Part shown: positions 1-11,547 of the stretch, in pieces | Layout: each line of letters begins with the position of its first letter | How positions within the stretch are numbered: position 1 is the first letter of the stretch | NCBI RefSeq assembly: GCF_902459465.1 | Contig: NC_047074.1 | Coordinates: forward strand, 3,224,001-3,288,000 | Source: Asterias rubens | Taxonomy: Eukaryota | Length of the DNA stretch: 64,000 bases | Direction: 5' to 3' | Translations under genes and position numbers: made by a program | The notes under the pieces: generated by a model | The model's database searches: none | Told to the model about the DNA's origin: nothing | Seen by the model: only the letters and a program-made list of their open reading frames with translations

Positions 1-1037
1 CAAGCACACTTGGCGTGTGACATAGAACACACAATACGCAGGTAGTGATATGGGCGCGTGCATAGACTGTATTGAATAACCGCTTCTCCGCTATTCGAAA
101 GTCGCCATTTTGTACGGCAAACCATATGCGCGTCCAAACGCGCACATCAATGAAGCACGCAGCATGCAACATTCCTGGTTTTGTTTCTACGCCACTTGCG
201 CGCACACGCGCACAGACGTCATGTTGTAGCTCAGATATATGAACGGTGACGTCATATTCAATACGGTCTTAATCCCCATTCCATTCTGCAAATCTGATTG
301 GAGGATAAGCGCGTACTTGAAGATAACAGTTTTTAGGGTATCACACAAACGCGATTTACGCAAAGTACATTAGCGCAATACGCAGAGTTAGAAAAGCGCA
401 GTATCGTAATACTCAAGGTGTGATATGGTCTGTTTGACATTTATAGGTCCAAAATCGCCTAATTTGGAATAAGTCTTGCGTTACACTTGAGAGCGTACAA
501 GTTAGAACGCACCCAATCGCAAAACTCATTGCACGGTTGGTTACTGATTTGTCACACAGACGCATTTTTAGGCATGTATTTCATGCCAAATGTAGCCCAA
601 TGTGACACCGGTGTACATAATTAGTAAATCACCCATATCTATAGAAATAAAAGTTATTTTCCCGTAATCTTTTTTCTACATAATCTCTCCTATATACTGA
701 TCATTATTATATGTACTAATTATTGCATTGTAACATAATTTCTGGAGTAAAAAAAACGTCAAAATGTCAAGTATATCGTGCAAGTAGGTATGGCTTCTTC
801 GTCAACCTTCAAGAGGTCATGACCTGGTCAAAAAATTATATATCCGTCAAAAAAGGGGGCTATTATGTGACACAGAGTTCACTTTGGGCTTTGGTGGGTG
901 TTTTGATGAGGGTTTTTAAATTTTTCAATTTTTTGATGTTTTTTTTTTAAATGTGACACCGGTGTCACATGGGGCTCCTCATGGTTAACAATTTTAAACA
1001 TGTTTTTTTGTTATGTTTACATGCTGCTCCCATTTAC

Positions 1038-1401
1038 TTAAAGGAACACGTTGCCTTGTATCGGTCGAGTTGGTCTTTGAAAAGCGTTTGTAACCGTTTG
1101 TTGTGAATTGCACATGGGTAAAAAGTTGTGTTAAAAGTAGAACACAATGATCCACACAAACATGCCTCGTCGACTAACACGGTCGGCCATTTATGAGAGT
1201 CAAAGTTTTGACTCTCATAAATGGCCGACCGTGTTGGTTCGCACAGTAAAAGGCAAACCTCGCAATTTTGAGGCAAACTTGTGTAGATCATGGTATTCTA
1301 CTTTTAAAACATCTTTCTAACCATACGCATTTAAAAACAAATTTTTACAAACGCTTTTTACAGACCAACTCGTCCGATCCAAGGCAACGTGTTCCTTTTA
1401 A
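1038..1401. mobile_element. TTAA-flanked palindromic MITE, family K (termini AGGAACACGTTGCCTTGGATCGG)
   Basis: Long TIRs and a central hairpin ATGAGAGTCAAAGTTTTGACTCTCAT. Other copies at 53772-54158, 60176-60438 (half) and 63459-63795. TTAA plus AG..CT termini fit Kolobok-type elements. Confidence 0.85.
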
Positions 1402-1791
1402 GCCACTAGCCACCTTTGGTAATTGTCAAAGCCAGCCTTCTTACTTGGTGCACCTCAATATATACATAAAATCATAAACCTGTGAAATTTTGAACTCATT
1501 AGTCGTCGAACTTGCGAGATAATGATGGAATAAAAAAAAACCTTGTCACACAAAGTTGTGTGCTTTTAAATGCTTGAATTCGAGACTTCAGCTGAGGTAT
1601 CGCATTCAATTCAAATTATTTAGTGAAACAATTTCCTTCTCAAAAAACTACGTTTTTTCAGAGGGAGCCGTCTCTCACAAAATATTACACTTTCAACAGA
1701 TCTCCATTGCTCGTTACTAAGTAAGTTTTATAGCTAACATCTATTTGGTAAAAAAAAACAAGTAATTACCAAAATTGTCCAGTCCCTTTAA
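1398..1791 (+). mobile_element. Family A MITE (diverged)
   Basis: Same internal sequence as 8396-8781; shares TTAA with neighbours on both sides. Confidence 0.8.
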
Positions 1792-3325
1792 ACCATTGGA
1801 CCCTTTCGGTACAGAAAAAAAACTTCACAGATTAACAAATAAATTACAGGGTTTACAGAAGGTAGTGGTGAAAGACTTCCCTTGAAATATTATTCCATGC
1901 AAAAAACCATGTTTTAGAGGCAGGGGGTGAACCTGCTAACAGTTAGGTAAACTTTTACCAGTTCGTTGCAGGGTAAAACTTACACAACAAAGACTTACAA
2001 ACTTACTTCGTTTAGGAGTAAACATATTTACCTAAATTTTCAGTAAACACTAGACATGTAAAATATTACACATTGATTGTGTAAACCTTACACTTATATT
2101 CCATGTAAAACTATTCCGCGTTACCCTTTTAATGGGCAAAAACTTTGATTTACCTTATAGCTGTGTAATTATTATTATTTTACCGTTTGTTTAGGTAAAA
2201 TGTTTTCTTGGATTGTTTGTAGTCGTACAAAATTACATCTTTTTACCGTTGTTTGTACCCTTTTCCCGTCTGAACGTTTGAGTTTGTTCTAACACGACCC
2301 TAAGGCCTTACTGCCTGTTTGTGCTCGTTGAGCAAAAGTTACAAGCATGGGGATTTTGCTCTTTGATGGGCGTATTGAAAGGTGAGTTTCTCAAAAAAAT
2401 TTCGATCTTCAGTCATATACAGACACTGATGTTTGCGTATTATTATTTGTTAGTTTTTACAACCATTTCGGCCTACACGTTTGCCATAAACGTGAACATG
2501 TCTGCAGCGCTATAAAGTGAGCATGTGTTGTAACGTGTTGCCACATGTTGTCTTGCTATATCAGCATTATAGCGCTGTATACATCTTTAAGTTCATGGCA
2601 AACATGTAGGCCAAATTTTAATGGTTGTAAAACTACAAAAAATAATACGACACTCATCAGTAGATATGGCTGTAGATCGTAACAACTTTTGAGAACTCAC
2701 CTTTTAATACGTCCACCTAGGGGCACAAATCCCCATTCTTGTAACTTTTGCTCGCCGAGCACGAACGACATGACTGCATGGACTGAGACGTTAGCAACTT
2801 GTCACGCAGACACGCGCGTGCGCAAACGCGGGGAAAACATAACTTGCATGTAAACACCGGATTATTTTTCACAGTTCCTTGTAAGACCTACCAATGCCAT
2901 GTAAAGTTTCTCTTTACTTTGGTAAATCTTACATAACTTTGATTAACTGCAATACTTACTCTCAAAACATGTATATATTTTTTTACATTACAAATCAGTA
3001 TATATTTTTGGCCGTGTTTTACTTAAGTTAGGTAGTTTCTTACATAACTTTTTTTACAAAACATCTTTTTACCATTTGTTTTCTGAGTGTGAAATGCTTT
3101 ACTTTTTGAGAAAACAGTAAAACAATATCAATTCTCGTTAGCGAGAATTACGGATTTATTTTTAAACACATGTCATGACACGGCGAAACGCGCGGATACA
3201 TGGGTGGGTTTTCTCGTTATTTTCTCCAGACTCCGATGACCGATTGAGCCTAAATTTTCACAGGTTTGTTATTTGATAGAGAAGTTGTGATACACGAAGT
3301 GTGGGTCTTGGACAATAGTGTTTAC
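1788..3325 (+). mobile_element. TTAA-flanked MITE, family B, split by a 1.19 kb insertion
   Basis: TTAA-ACCATTGGACCCTTTCGGTACAG... The text GAAATATTATTCCA|TGAAATGCTTTAC is split between 1897 and 3090 (compare intact CATTTCATGGAATAATATTTC at 3554). Confidence 0.85.
1898..3089. mobile_element. Non-autonomous DNA element nested in the family B MITE
   Basis: Cleanly interrupts family B. Ends (CA)TGCAAAAAAC...GTTTTCTGAGTG; many subterminal TAAA..TTAC motifs. CAC-type end suggests EnSpm/CACTA-like (inference). Confidence 0.65.
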
Positions 3326-3335
3326 AAAACAATGT

Positions 3336-3671
3336 TGTCCAAGGCCCACACTTTGTGTACCACAACTTCTATATCAAATAACAAACCTGTGAAAATTTAG
3401 GCTCAATCGGTCATTGGAGTCTGGAGAAAACAACGGAAAAACCCACCCTTGTTTCCGCGCGTTTCGCCGTGTCATGACATGTGTTTCAAATAAATCCGTA
3501 ATTCTCGTTAACGAGAATTTATATTGTTGTGCTGTTTTCTCAAAAAGTAAAGCATTTCATGGAATAATATTTCAAAAGAAGTCTTTCACCATTGCCTTCG
3601 GTAAACCCTGTAAGTTATTTGTAAATCTGTGAGCTTTTTTTTTCTGAACCGAAAGGGTCCAATGGCTTTAA
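3336..3671 (-). mobile_element. Family B MITE, inverted, fused to the preceding copy
   Basis: Ends TTTTTTTCTGAACCGAAAGGGTCCAATGGCT-TTAA; reverse complement of 1792-1897 plus 3090-3325. Confidence 0.85.
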
Positions 3672-4400
3672 AGGGATTAATTACTGACATTATTGAAAGT
3701 CATCACAGTCTCAAGTGAACAAAAATCATAGGCAGTGGTTCAGTTTATTTAGCTGCATCCTTTTTAAGGAATAGTTTGCCACCTTATATTATTCGTAAAA
3801 AGACCGATTGCGCTCCTTGGTCTCACATGACACAGCCCGAGTCCACGCCGTGCACGAGCGAAAAATCGCGGCGCGTGAGCTCGCTCAAACCATAGTAATT
3901 TACGTAGTCTAACCCTACTCCGAAAGAAACCTTTTTGTGTAGTACAATACTGAAAAACAGTATAAAGTGTGATTGAAATCAGTACAACATTCAACTTTAT
4001 AAAAAGGGCTTCGTTAAAGTTAGAAATGTTATTTATCGAAAATACAGCCGATTATGGTCCATCGGTACGAGTCTTTACATGTCTTTACTGTGTAACCTTG
4101 TTTTTATATACCCATTCTAGCTAGGTTACGTGATCACATTGACAGCTTAATCGGTCTATTATTACACTCACTAAATTCATTCAAATCTCATATCAAAACG
4201 ATCATGTTCAAGAAAGTTTTTAGTGATTATGGTGTGCTTTTAAACATCATTTGTTTTAATTGCTCGTGTATTTATGTTGGCTGACCCTTTGAAATGTCCT
4301 GCATGTCAAATTGGAGTTTTTTAAAGAACTTCTTTTGTAATTTTGATCGGAGAGAGGGGATGTTTCCGTATGGCGGAAATATAGTATCCAAGTATACCTC

Positions 4401-4532
4401 GGATAACATTCCGTATGGCGCCACCACTTTTTCACTAATTTTTACAAAAAAGGATATCTCATTGAGGTAAATTAGATACTATATTATTTCATATCGAATG
4501 AAAAAGTGGTGGCGCCATACGGAAACTTTTCC
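4401..4532. mobile_element. ~132 bp hairpin MITE, family D; second copy 46925-47056
   Basis: TTCCGTATGGCGCCACCACTTTTTCA ... TGAAAAAGTGGTGGCGCCATACGGAA. Extra half copies at 4360-4378 and 4560-4600. Confidence 0.85.
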
Positions 4533-5768
4533 TATACCTCAATTGAACATCATTTTTTTTAATGAGTGAAAAGGTGGTGGCATTATACGGAAAATGATCC
4601 TTATTACTTATGTAGACAGTACAATGCAACTATAGGCGTGCCTGCGCAATGACACAACTGATAAAAGTGGATATAAAATCGTGTGTAGACCTACCTTGTA
4701 CAGGTTGCGATCGGGAAGATGATGTAGGGTCATACCTATGATACCGGGAATCTCGTCTCTGGCATTTCTGATGATCTATGTCGTTCAACACCTCTTCCTC
4801 TTCGGTATTGACGGTGTTTTGCTGCTCTGCAGATATGTGAGACTATGTGCATGTCTTCCCCATCTCCGTGATCACCACCAATCAGTCGTGTTTCCATTGC
4901 GTCCTGCTACCAAATCAGCGTCAGATTTGTTGGCTCAAACCAAACTTTGCCTTGTTCGGAACAATCCAGCTTTCTGTATGCATATTTCAAACATGGCCTA
5001 TCTCTCTTAATGCAGGGATAAACAGAAATGCGGGCCCTTAAAATGTTAAAAACTATACATGTATCCGATGCACAGCGTCCATCTTCAGTCGGAAAAGTCT
5101 ATAATGCGAATGTGTTGATAACATGAAGACATGGCGTAGTAGGCTTGTATAATGGCGTTCGCCAATATCTAAAGGCATACGTGCATTCAAGGGTGTGGTC
5201 AGAGCAGCAAAGATCATTGTGGCACCCATCCAACATTCCAATAGATCAGTGCAGACAAGAGGCGCAGTGCAGACACTGACGGTTCATATACAATTGTATT
5301 ATATAACAAACTATGTGGTGGCCGATATGGTACCCAAGCGTACACATTCTACAACAATAGGCGAGCTACAGCTGTTCCTTGAGGAGTTTGTGCGATCTTT
5401 TGTCAGTAGGTAAGGTGAAATACCGAATTGGGCATATATGAACAATCAGGGGATGCATGCAACTGTACAGTTAACGTCACAGAAGAATGTAGGTGTTTTT
5501 GTCAAACGAAACTCCAATTATATGGTGGTCGATACATATTCCCAAATCTTAAAGCACGAAAACATGTTCCTCGGTTGTGAGACACACGAATCCACATCGG
5601 ATCATCAACACAACTGTTGTTCTGTGTTGTAATGCAAAGGTTAACAAAATAATGTTGGCCTATAAAACATTGAATCACTAAAAAAAACACCGATTAAATT
5701 GTGGGCTTGGCGCGAAGTGGTCCCTTCTCTATGTACCATAGTACAATCTAAAGGCTGTGAAACCATCT

Positions 5769-6012
5769 GGGCCCAATTTCATAGAGCTCCTAAGCACACC
5801 AAATTTGCTTAGCATGAAATTTCTTCCTTTATAAAAACAGGTTTACCAACCGAATTGCCATGTGATTTTCAGGATAAGCAAACAAAAGCTGAATACCAGT
5901 AACAAGCACTTTATGTAACAAATGGACATTTGTTTGGTAATCCTGTTTTTATCAGGGAAGAATTTTCATGCTTAGCAAATTTTTGTGCTTAGCAGCTCTA
6001 TGAAATTGGGCC
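5769..6012. mobile_element. ~243 bp palindromic MITE, family C (GGGCCCAATTTCATAGAGCT termini); copies 12604-12843, 16093-16331, 30768-31010, 46300-46527
   Basis: Near-complete inverted repeat. GGGCCC termini resemble PIF/Harbinger MITEs (inference; TSD not resolved). Confidence 0.85.
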
Positions 6013-6757
6013 ATGGACACTCATGAGAACGAGCAGTTTTCAGCAAGATGTTTTTTATCTGATAAAAAAAGTTCTTAAAGTGGACACTATTGGTAATTAC
6101 TCAAAGTAATTGTCAGCATAAAACATTACTTGGTAACAGGCAATGTAGAGATGTAGATAGTATAACACACTGTGAGAAACTGCTCCCTCGTGAAGTAACG
6201 TAGTTTTCGAGAAATAGGTAATTTTCCACGAATTTGATTTTGAGACCTCTGAATTAGATTTACTTTCCTGAAGTCAAAACAAAAATTGTCAATAACAACG
6301 ACATGGAATTCTTAAACGTGTCACCTATTTAATACAAGTTTTTAAAAGGATGTTATAGATTGGGGTGGTATGCCGGCCCTATACACTCATGCAAAAAGAA
6401 ACATTGCATGTCCACATTTTCACGATCATTACCAAAAATAAGCGGCTAATTTTAACATCGCGTCATTTTTTTTTTTTTACATAATTAGAAGCTCCGTAAC
6501 ACCAAGTATTTGCGTCATGACTTTGAAAACGATTGTAATTCAGTATGATGGCACTCCTTTTGGTAGTTGTCAAAAAACAGTATTTTCATTTGGTGTATCC
6601 CATTATAATATGCATTAATTTTATCGACAGCTCTTTACCAAGTAAGTTTCATGCTTAAACTCGTGTTCAGTGCCTCTTTAACAACCGGCCCGAACACCAT
6701 TCAAATCCGCAGCAGCTTTTTGCGGGTATACCCTTCTGAATGAAATTTCCGCATGCC

Positions 6758-7064
6758 TTATAGACACTGGACACTATTGGTAATTGTTAAAGACCAGTCT
6801 TCTATCTTGGTGTATCGCAACATATACACAAAAGTTGCAAAATAATAATGAAAGAAAAAACACCCTTTCAAACGAAGTTGTATGCTTTCCGATGCTTGAT
6901 TTCGAGACCTCAAATTCTAAATTATGAGGTCTCGAAATCAAATTCGTGGAAAATTACTTCTTTCTCGAGAACTACCTCACTCCCTCACCCCATTACTCGT
7001 TACCAAGTATGGTTTTATACTGATAAATATTTTGAGTAATTACCAATAGTGTCCACTGCCTTAA
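6758..7064 (+). mobile_element. Family A MITE (internally deleted); another partial copy at 6075-6260
   Basis: Both TIRs and the GAGACCTC/GAGGTCTC hairpin are present. Confidence 0.8.
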
Positions 7065-8086
7065 ACAGTTTAATTGAGTATAATGTTATTAATGCACATG
7101 CCTCAGAGTAAAATATAAAGAGGTTTTCAACGGAAGAGTTAAAAATGCATGAAAGCGAAATAGGTGTTTCCTGGTCTCGGACCGGTTTTTTTCGACGAAA
7201 TTGGAAAGTGTCAATTTCAAACTGCTTAGCGAAATCAAAGAATTGTTTTAAGAAGGAAGCGCCACAACAGTGATAAGCAACGAATGCTCAAACTTTGTAA
7301 AGATTTTACGTTCAAGCTAAAACATCTTGAATATAATTCAGCATCACTAAAATACAAAACTTGGTTGCATAAGTGTACCCTTGCGGAGTGTTATCGTAAA
7401 GTGAAATATTTACCGCTCCATTTTACAAGGCAAATACTAGTGAACAAATCGGCTATAAAATTATTGTGTGACAATGCAAGAACAATAAATTCAATATCAT
7501 AAATATTGTAAAACACACCGGGGCCTAAAACATATCATTTTAATTTTTTGTTTAAATAAGCAGAACACAGAATGGGAATCTCGTCAACCTCATTAAACAA
7601 CAAAAACCAAACAAAATGAACGACTCCAATTATACACCAACCTTGTCCACCACGATACGATCCGGACCCGGTAGCCCCTCCCCCGTACTATCCAAAAGTG
7701 GGTGGGGTCTAAGAGCATTCAACTTGGATTACTCATGTGGTGAATATCAAAATTAATAAACCTTCGATCGTCTGTATGAGATATGCAGCGTGTTGTGCAT
7801 AATGTTGTGTAATGTAGTGCTGTTTCATCCACTGAATGTGTTCGTGTATGTGCAAATTGACTGCGAATCTCCGTGTGAAATGAACGCGAGGTCAAAGGTA
7901 ATTCTTTTACGAAACCAGGTATCCAATGGCGTTGTTCGCAAGGATCGAAGTATGACGTCAGATGTTTGAGCAAGAACCATCTTGGCAGATCACGGGACAA
8001 CTACATGATTTTACAGTGCGTTGAATTGACCATGCAAAGTATCGTGGTATTTAACCAGTTTTCGAGAACCGTGTGTTCCCACTTAC

Positions 8087-8256
8087 GGCCCTTTTCGAAA
8101 CCACGGCTTCGGTGTTAAATTTGGCTCAGGCTACCTTGGCCCCGCGGTTGTTTTTACAATAGTTACGCGTGCTTTGCGTACGTGCTCAGATCTTCACACA
8201 TGAGGACGGAGCCTGAAGCCGAATCCAAAGCCGAAGCCGTGGTTTCGAAAAGGGAC
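8087..8256. mobile_element. Harbinger-type MITE with 3-bp TSD (TAC)
   Basis: TAC-GGCCCTTTTCGAAACCACGGCTTCGG ... CCGAAGCCGTGGTTTCGAAAAGGGAC-TAC. Confidence 0.85.
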
Positions 8257-8395
8257 TACGTAAAGTCAGCTCACAAAATCGGGGGTGGGGGGGGTAGAGT
8301 CATAACCTAAAAAACAAATGGCTCATCTTGTGAAATGAACAATGGTCAACTAGTCGCGACTCTATACCACTCCCATGATTGGTAATATATAGTCA

Positions 8396-8781
8396 TTAAA
8401 GGCAGTGGACACTGTTGGTAATTGTCCAAGACTAGCCTCCACAGTTGGTGTATCTCAACATATGCATAAAATAACAAACCTGTGAAAATTTGAGCTCAAT
8501 CGGTCATCGAACTTGCGAGATATGAATGAAAGAAAAAACACCCTTGTCACACGAAGGTGTGTGCGTTTAGATGGTTGATTTCGAGACCTCAAGTTCTAAA
8601 TCTGAGGTCTCGATTTCAAATTCGTGGAAAATTAGTTCTTTTTCGAAAACTATGGCACTTCAGAGGGTGCCGTTTCTCACAATGTTTTATACCATCAACC
8701 TCTCCCTATTACTCGTCACCAAGAAAGGTTTTATGCTAATAATTATTTTGAGTAATTACCAATAGTATCCACTGCCTTTAA
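8396..8781 (+). mobile_element. TTAA-flanked ~385 bp MITE, family A (reference copy)
   Basis: TTAA-AGGCAGTGGACACT.TTGGTAATT ... AATTACCAATAGT.TCCACTGCCT-TTAA, with internal hairpin GATTTCGAGACCTC..GAGGTCTCGA. About 20 full or partial copies lie in this window. Confidence 0.9.
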
Positions 8782-10523
8782 ACATGTCAAAAACATCGGA
8801 CACAAAATACGCAAAATTATGTTACTATTCATTTTTATTTCTTTCGTGCGAATCTATTGAACTACACGGTGCAGTATTGTAAATATTTTATTTAATTTTA
8901 CAGTAGGGGCATTTTTGTTATACGTTGAATAGACCATGTCAAGTCTCGCCTCGGGTATGGGAACCACATGTATCCACGCTTACATTGCCTTTACGTGTGA
9001 ATAATACGCGAGAATTGCATTGTCTACTGTTAGGTCACAGTGGGTTCGCATTAGTGTCTTCAACACTATCTAGTTACATCATTGGTAAACCGTATCGTTA
9101 TTCTCTATCACACATAAGGTGTACAACAGCTTTTTAGTTTTATTACCCAACTATTTAATTAACAATAATAATAATAAGAGACATTTAAATAGCGCTCTAA
9201 CACGAGGTACCACAGCGATCTACAAGAAACTATACAATAAGCAATTAAATATGGCACTGATAATGGGAAAACAGTCAAAGCAGTCAGTCATTGAACAGGA
9301 AAGTTTTGAGATGTTTCTTGAAAACTGCAAGTTACTCCGCGGAACGAATTTGATGAGGGAGACGGTTTCAAAGGCACGGAGCATGTGCGTAAAAAGCACG
9401 ATCCCCAGCAGCGGAATGCACCTTTGGAACTGCCAAGAGTGTATTGTCTGAACCAGAGCGAAGGCCATGTCTTCCAGGTTGGTAATAAAGCATTATATCG
9501 CAGTTTTTTTGTCAAGGTTTTAGGTTTGAATAAACACCAAATCTATCCCATCCTCCTTTCAAACACAAAACTTTTCACTTTTTATCTAGGTTTGAGCAAC
9601 AAGGGATAAGACAATCTATCCCCTGCTATTTTAGGCTGGGTTTGAGGAACAAGGGAAACAACATCGACCCCATTATTTAAAAACAATTGACTTTTTTGTG
9701 TGTGGGCGGGTCGGGGGGAGTTGGGAGTTGGAAGTCAACTTTCCCAACAATGAGGGCATCATCGTTAATCAAAGAGTGATCGTATTGTTCCAATATGAGT
9801 TTGCAGTACCAAAAAAAAAATGTGGTTTTGCCAACAAAAAGATATTAATCAAAAGACTGTTAACAATATTTGTTCTTATAGGGCACGCGCTTCTTCATTT
9901 GTTCCCCCAGCAGTATTTTATGAAGATTTTGTATATCAGCGATTTCAAAAAAAGTGGCTACATTTTATCAAGAAAATTTACAAATTTAAAGTTCTAGTTA
10001 AATGTTATTGAACCTATTTGAAAATGTAAGTAATTGTTTGGTAAAATATTTGTGCGCCGCATTAACTCATACATACAATGTCTTAAATGGATTTGACAAT
10101 ATGATGACGTGCAGAACTTTTTAAAAAGCAAACAAAAAAAAAGAAATGCGCCATCTGACGCGAAACTGAAAAAAAAAATCAGGACGAGCAAAGTTGTTGT
10201 TTAACCACAGTCTGTACTTGGAACAGATTTGTTCGATTTTATTTTATGTTGTTCTCACTTATGAAGACAGGAAATTAACTATTGCAAAGAAGCAAAACGT
10301 TTTCGTTAAAAGTTTCATATAGATGTAGTTCTTCAACAGAGGGGGGTGGGGGTGATGCTTTGATTGCTGCTTGGCTTTCCATATTATGCTGTGTCAACTT
10401 ACAGTGTTCGGCGATCTTGAAAAGTTATCATCTTGCTCGTAGTAAGCGATAAGTTAATTACACAAAGACGATAATTAACCAAAGTGTCACGGTACTTTTA
10501 TAAGAAACACGTAAAATCAAAAA

Positions 10524-10718
10524 TTATAGTAGCGGCCAATTCTGCTCGATGTTGAATGAGAGACAGTTTTGGCCCTCCATACATCGTCGTCTGCATGCGG
10601 CTACTGTGTCTGTTGATCTGTCCAGGGTGTGGCCGAAGAGACAGCGAGACACGAAGTGACCTACTGTCAGGCGATAGACGTTACACGATGGTAGTGGATT
10701 AACCACATCTTGCTTGAC
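10524..10718 (-). pseudogene. PAN/Apple-like domain frame, +1 relative to lectin paralog 1, truncated by TAA at 10524
   Basis: VKQDVVNPLPSCNVYRLTVGHFVSRCLFGHTLDRSTDTVAACRRRCMEGQNCLSFNIEQNWPLL*. Degraded similarity to the paralog-2 C-terminus continues to ~10400. Confidence 0.55.
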
Positions 10719-11232
10719 GGGGACGCTCACAGACGATGAACATCTCATATGTTGCCATCGCATCACCCCAATAGCCAAGTATGTCTGGATTCTTCTGGAT
10801 ATCACGGGTTAACATGTAGCCATAATCATGATCAGACGGCCATTTTTCATCATCTGGTTGGTTTGGCCCCCACTTCCGATATTTAGTCGGATTCAAACCA
10901 TTCTCAATGCAGTTCCAATCACCTTCAACTTCAGCATCATTACAATTGATCCAAACACCCTCTAGATATCCGTGGTGCTGAAACGAAGTAAATATGAACT
11001 CATTTTCGCCATCTGAGCTTGGCAGCATTATAGATGCGTTGTTACGATCACACTGCATCAAGGCAGTGGTCCAGTCGCCCTTCATGGATCCATCCAGACC
11101 CAAGTAGCAAGAATCAGCATAAGGCACCCATCCATAAGGGCACCCTCTCGCTGCAAACACACCCTTAATTACCATGATAACGGTCAAAGAAACCAAAGTG
11201 TAATAAGTTGCTGCAATAACTCGACAAGCCAT
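10699..11232 (-). CDS. Secreted C-type lectin paralog 1 (long-form CTL domain, QPD motif), single coding exon, 177 aa
   Basis: ATG at 11232 (the track's start at 11262 is a GTG). Hydrophobic leader MACRVIAATYYTLVSLTVIMVIKGVFA, then CPYGWVPYADSCY, C..NNAS.MLP.S..EN.FI, WINCNDAEVEGDWNC, Y.KW.PNQPD, WGD and FIVCE, all CTL hallmarks. Confidence 0.92.
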   Translation of the reverse strand: MACRVIAATYYTLVSLTVIMVIKGVFAARGCPYGWVPYADSCYLGLDGSMKGDWTTALMQCDRNNASIMLPSSDGENEFIFTSFQHHGYLEGVWINCNDAEVEGDWNCIENGLNPTKYRKWGPNQPDDEKWPSDHDYGYMLTRDIQKNPDILGYWGDAMATYEMFIVCERPRQARCG

Positions 11233-11547
11233 CTTGTACCACCTTCCTTGCTCACTGTCCACGTACGTCTGTACCAGCGATTGCAGTTAGGTCTATCAGT
11301 ATGACCGAAATTCTACAACTCTTGAGGCAAAGTAACGGTCTTACCAAAGATACCTACTTAAATATAGAGTGATTACTTAGGGTTTTAAAGAATAAATATT
11401 TGAGTACTAGTGAAGTATTCATTTTTGAAAAGCCCCTATAGTGATATCGGTAATTAAAGGCAGTGGACACTATTGGTAATTACTCAAAATAACTGTTAGC
11501 ATAAAACCTTACTTGGTAACGAGTAATGGGGAGAGGTTGAAAGTGCC

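Noticed and set aside
599-990. Repeated ATGTGACACCGGTGT(C)ACAT palindrome and a ...CATGG-TTAA end suggesting a piggyBac-like element
   Set aside because: Only one candidate end is visible and no matching left TIR was found, so it is not called.
8557-8765. Recurrent ORFs such as MVDFETSSSKSEVSKSNSWK and CAFRWLISRPQVLNLRS (also at 18357, 30130, 34787, 48338, 61348)
   Set aside because: Chance translations of the family A MITE, not a gene family or CRISPR-like array.
9119-9609. Several overlapping 74-110 aa ORFs in GC-richer DNA
   Set aside because: No recognisable domain in any frame and no supported splice pattern.
11233-11262. Longer start for lectin paralog 1 given by the ORF track
   Set aside because: It is a GTG; the ATG at 11232 aligns with the paralog-2 ATG and begins the signal peptide.
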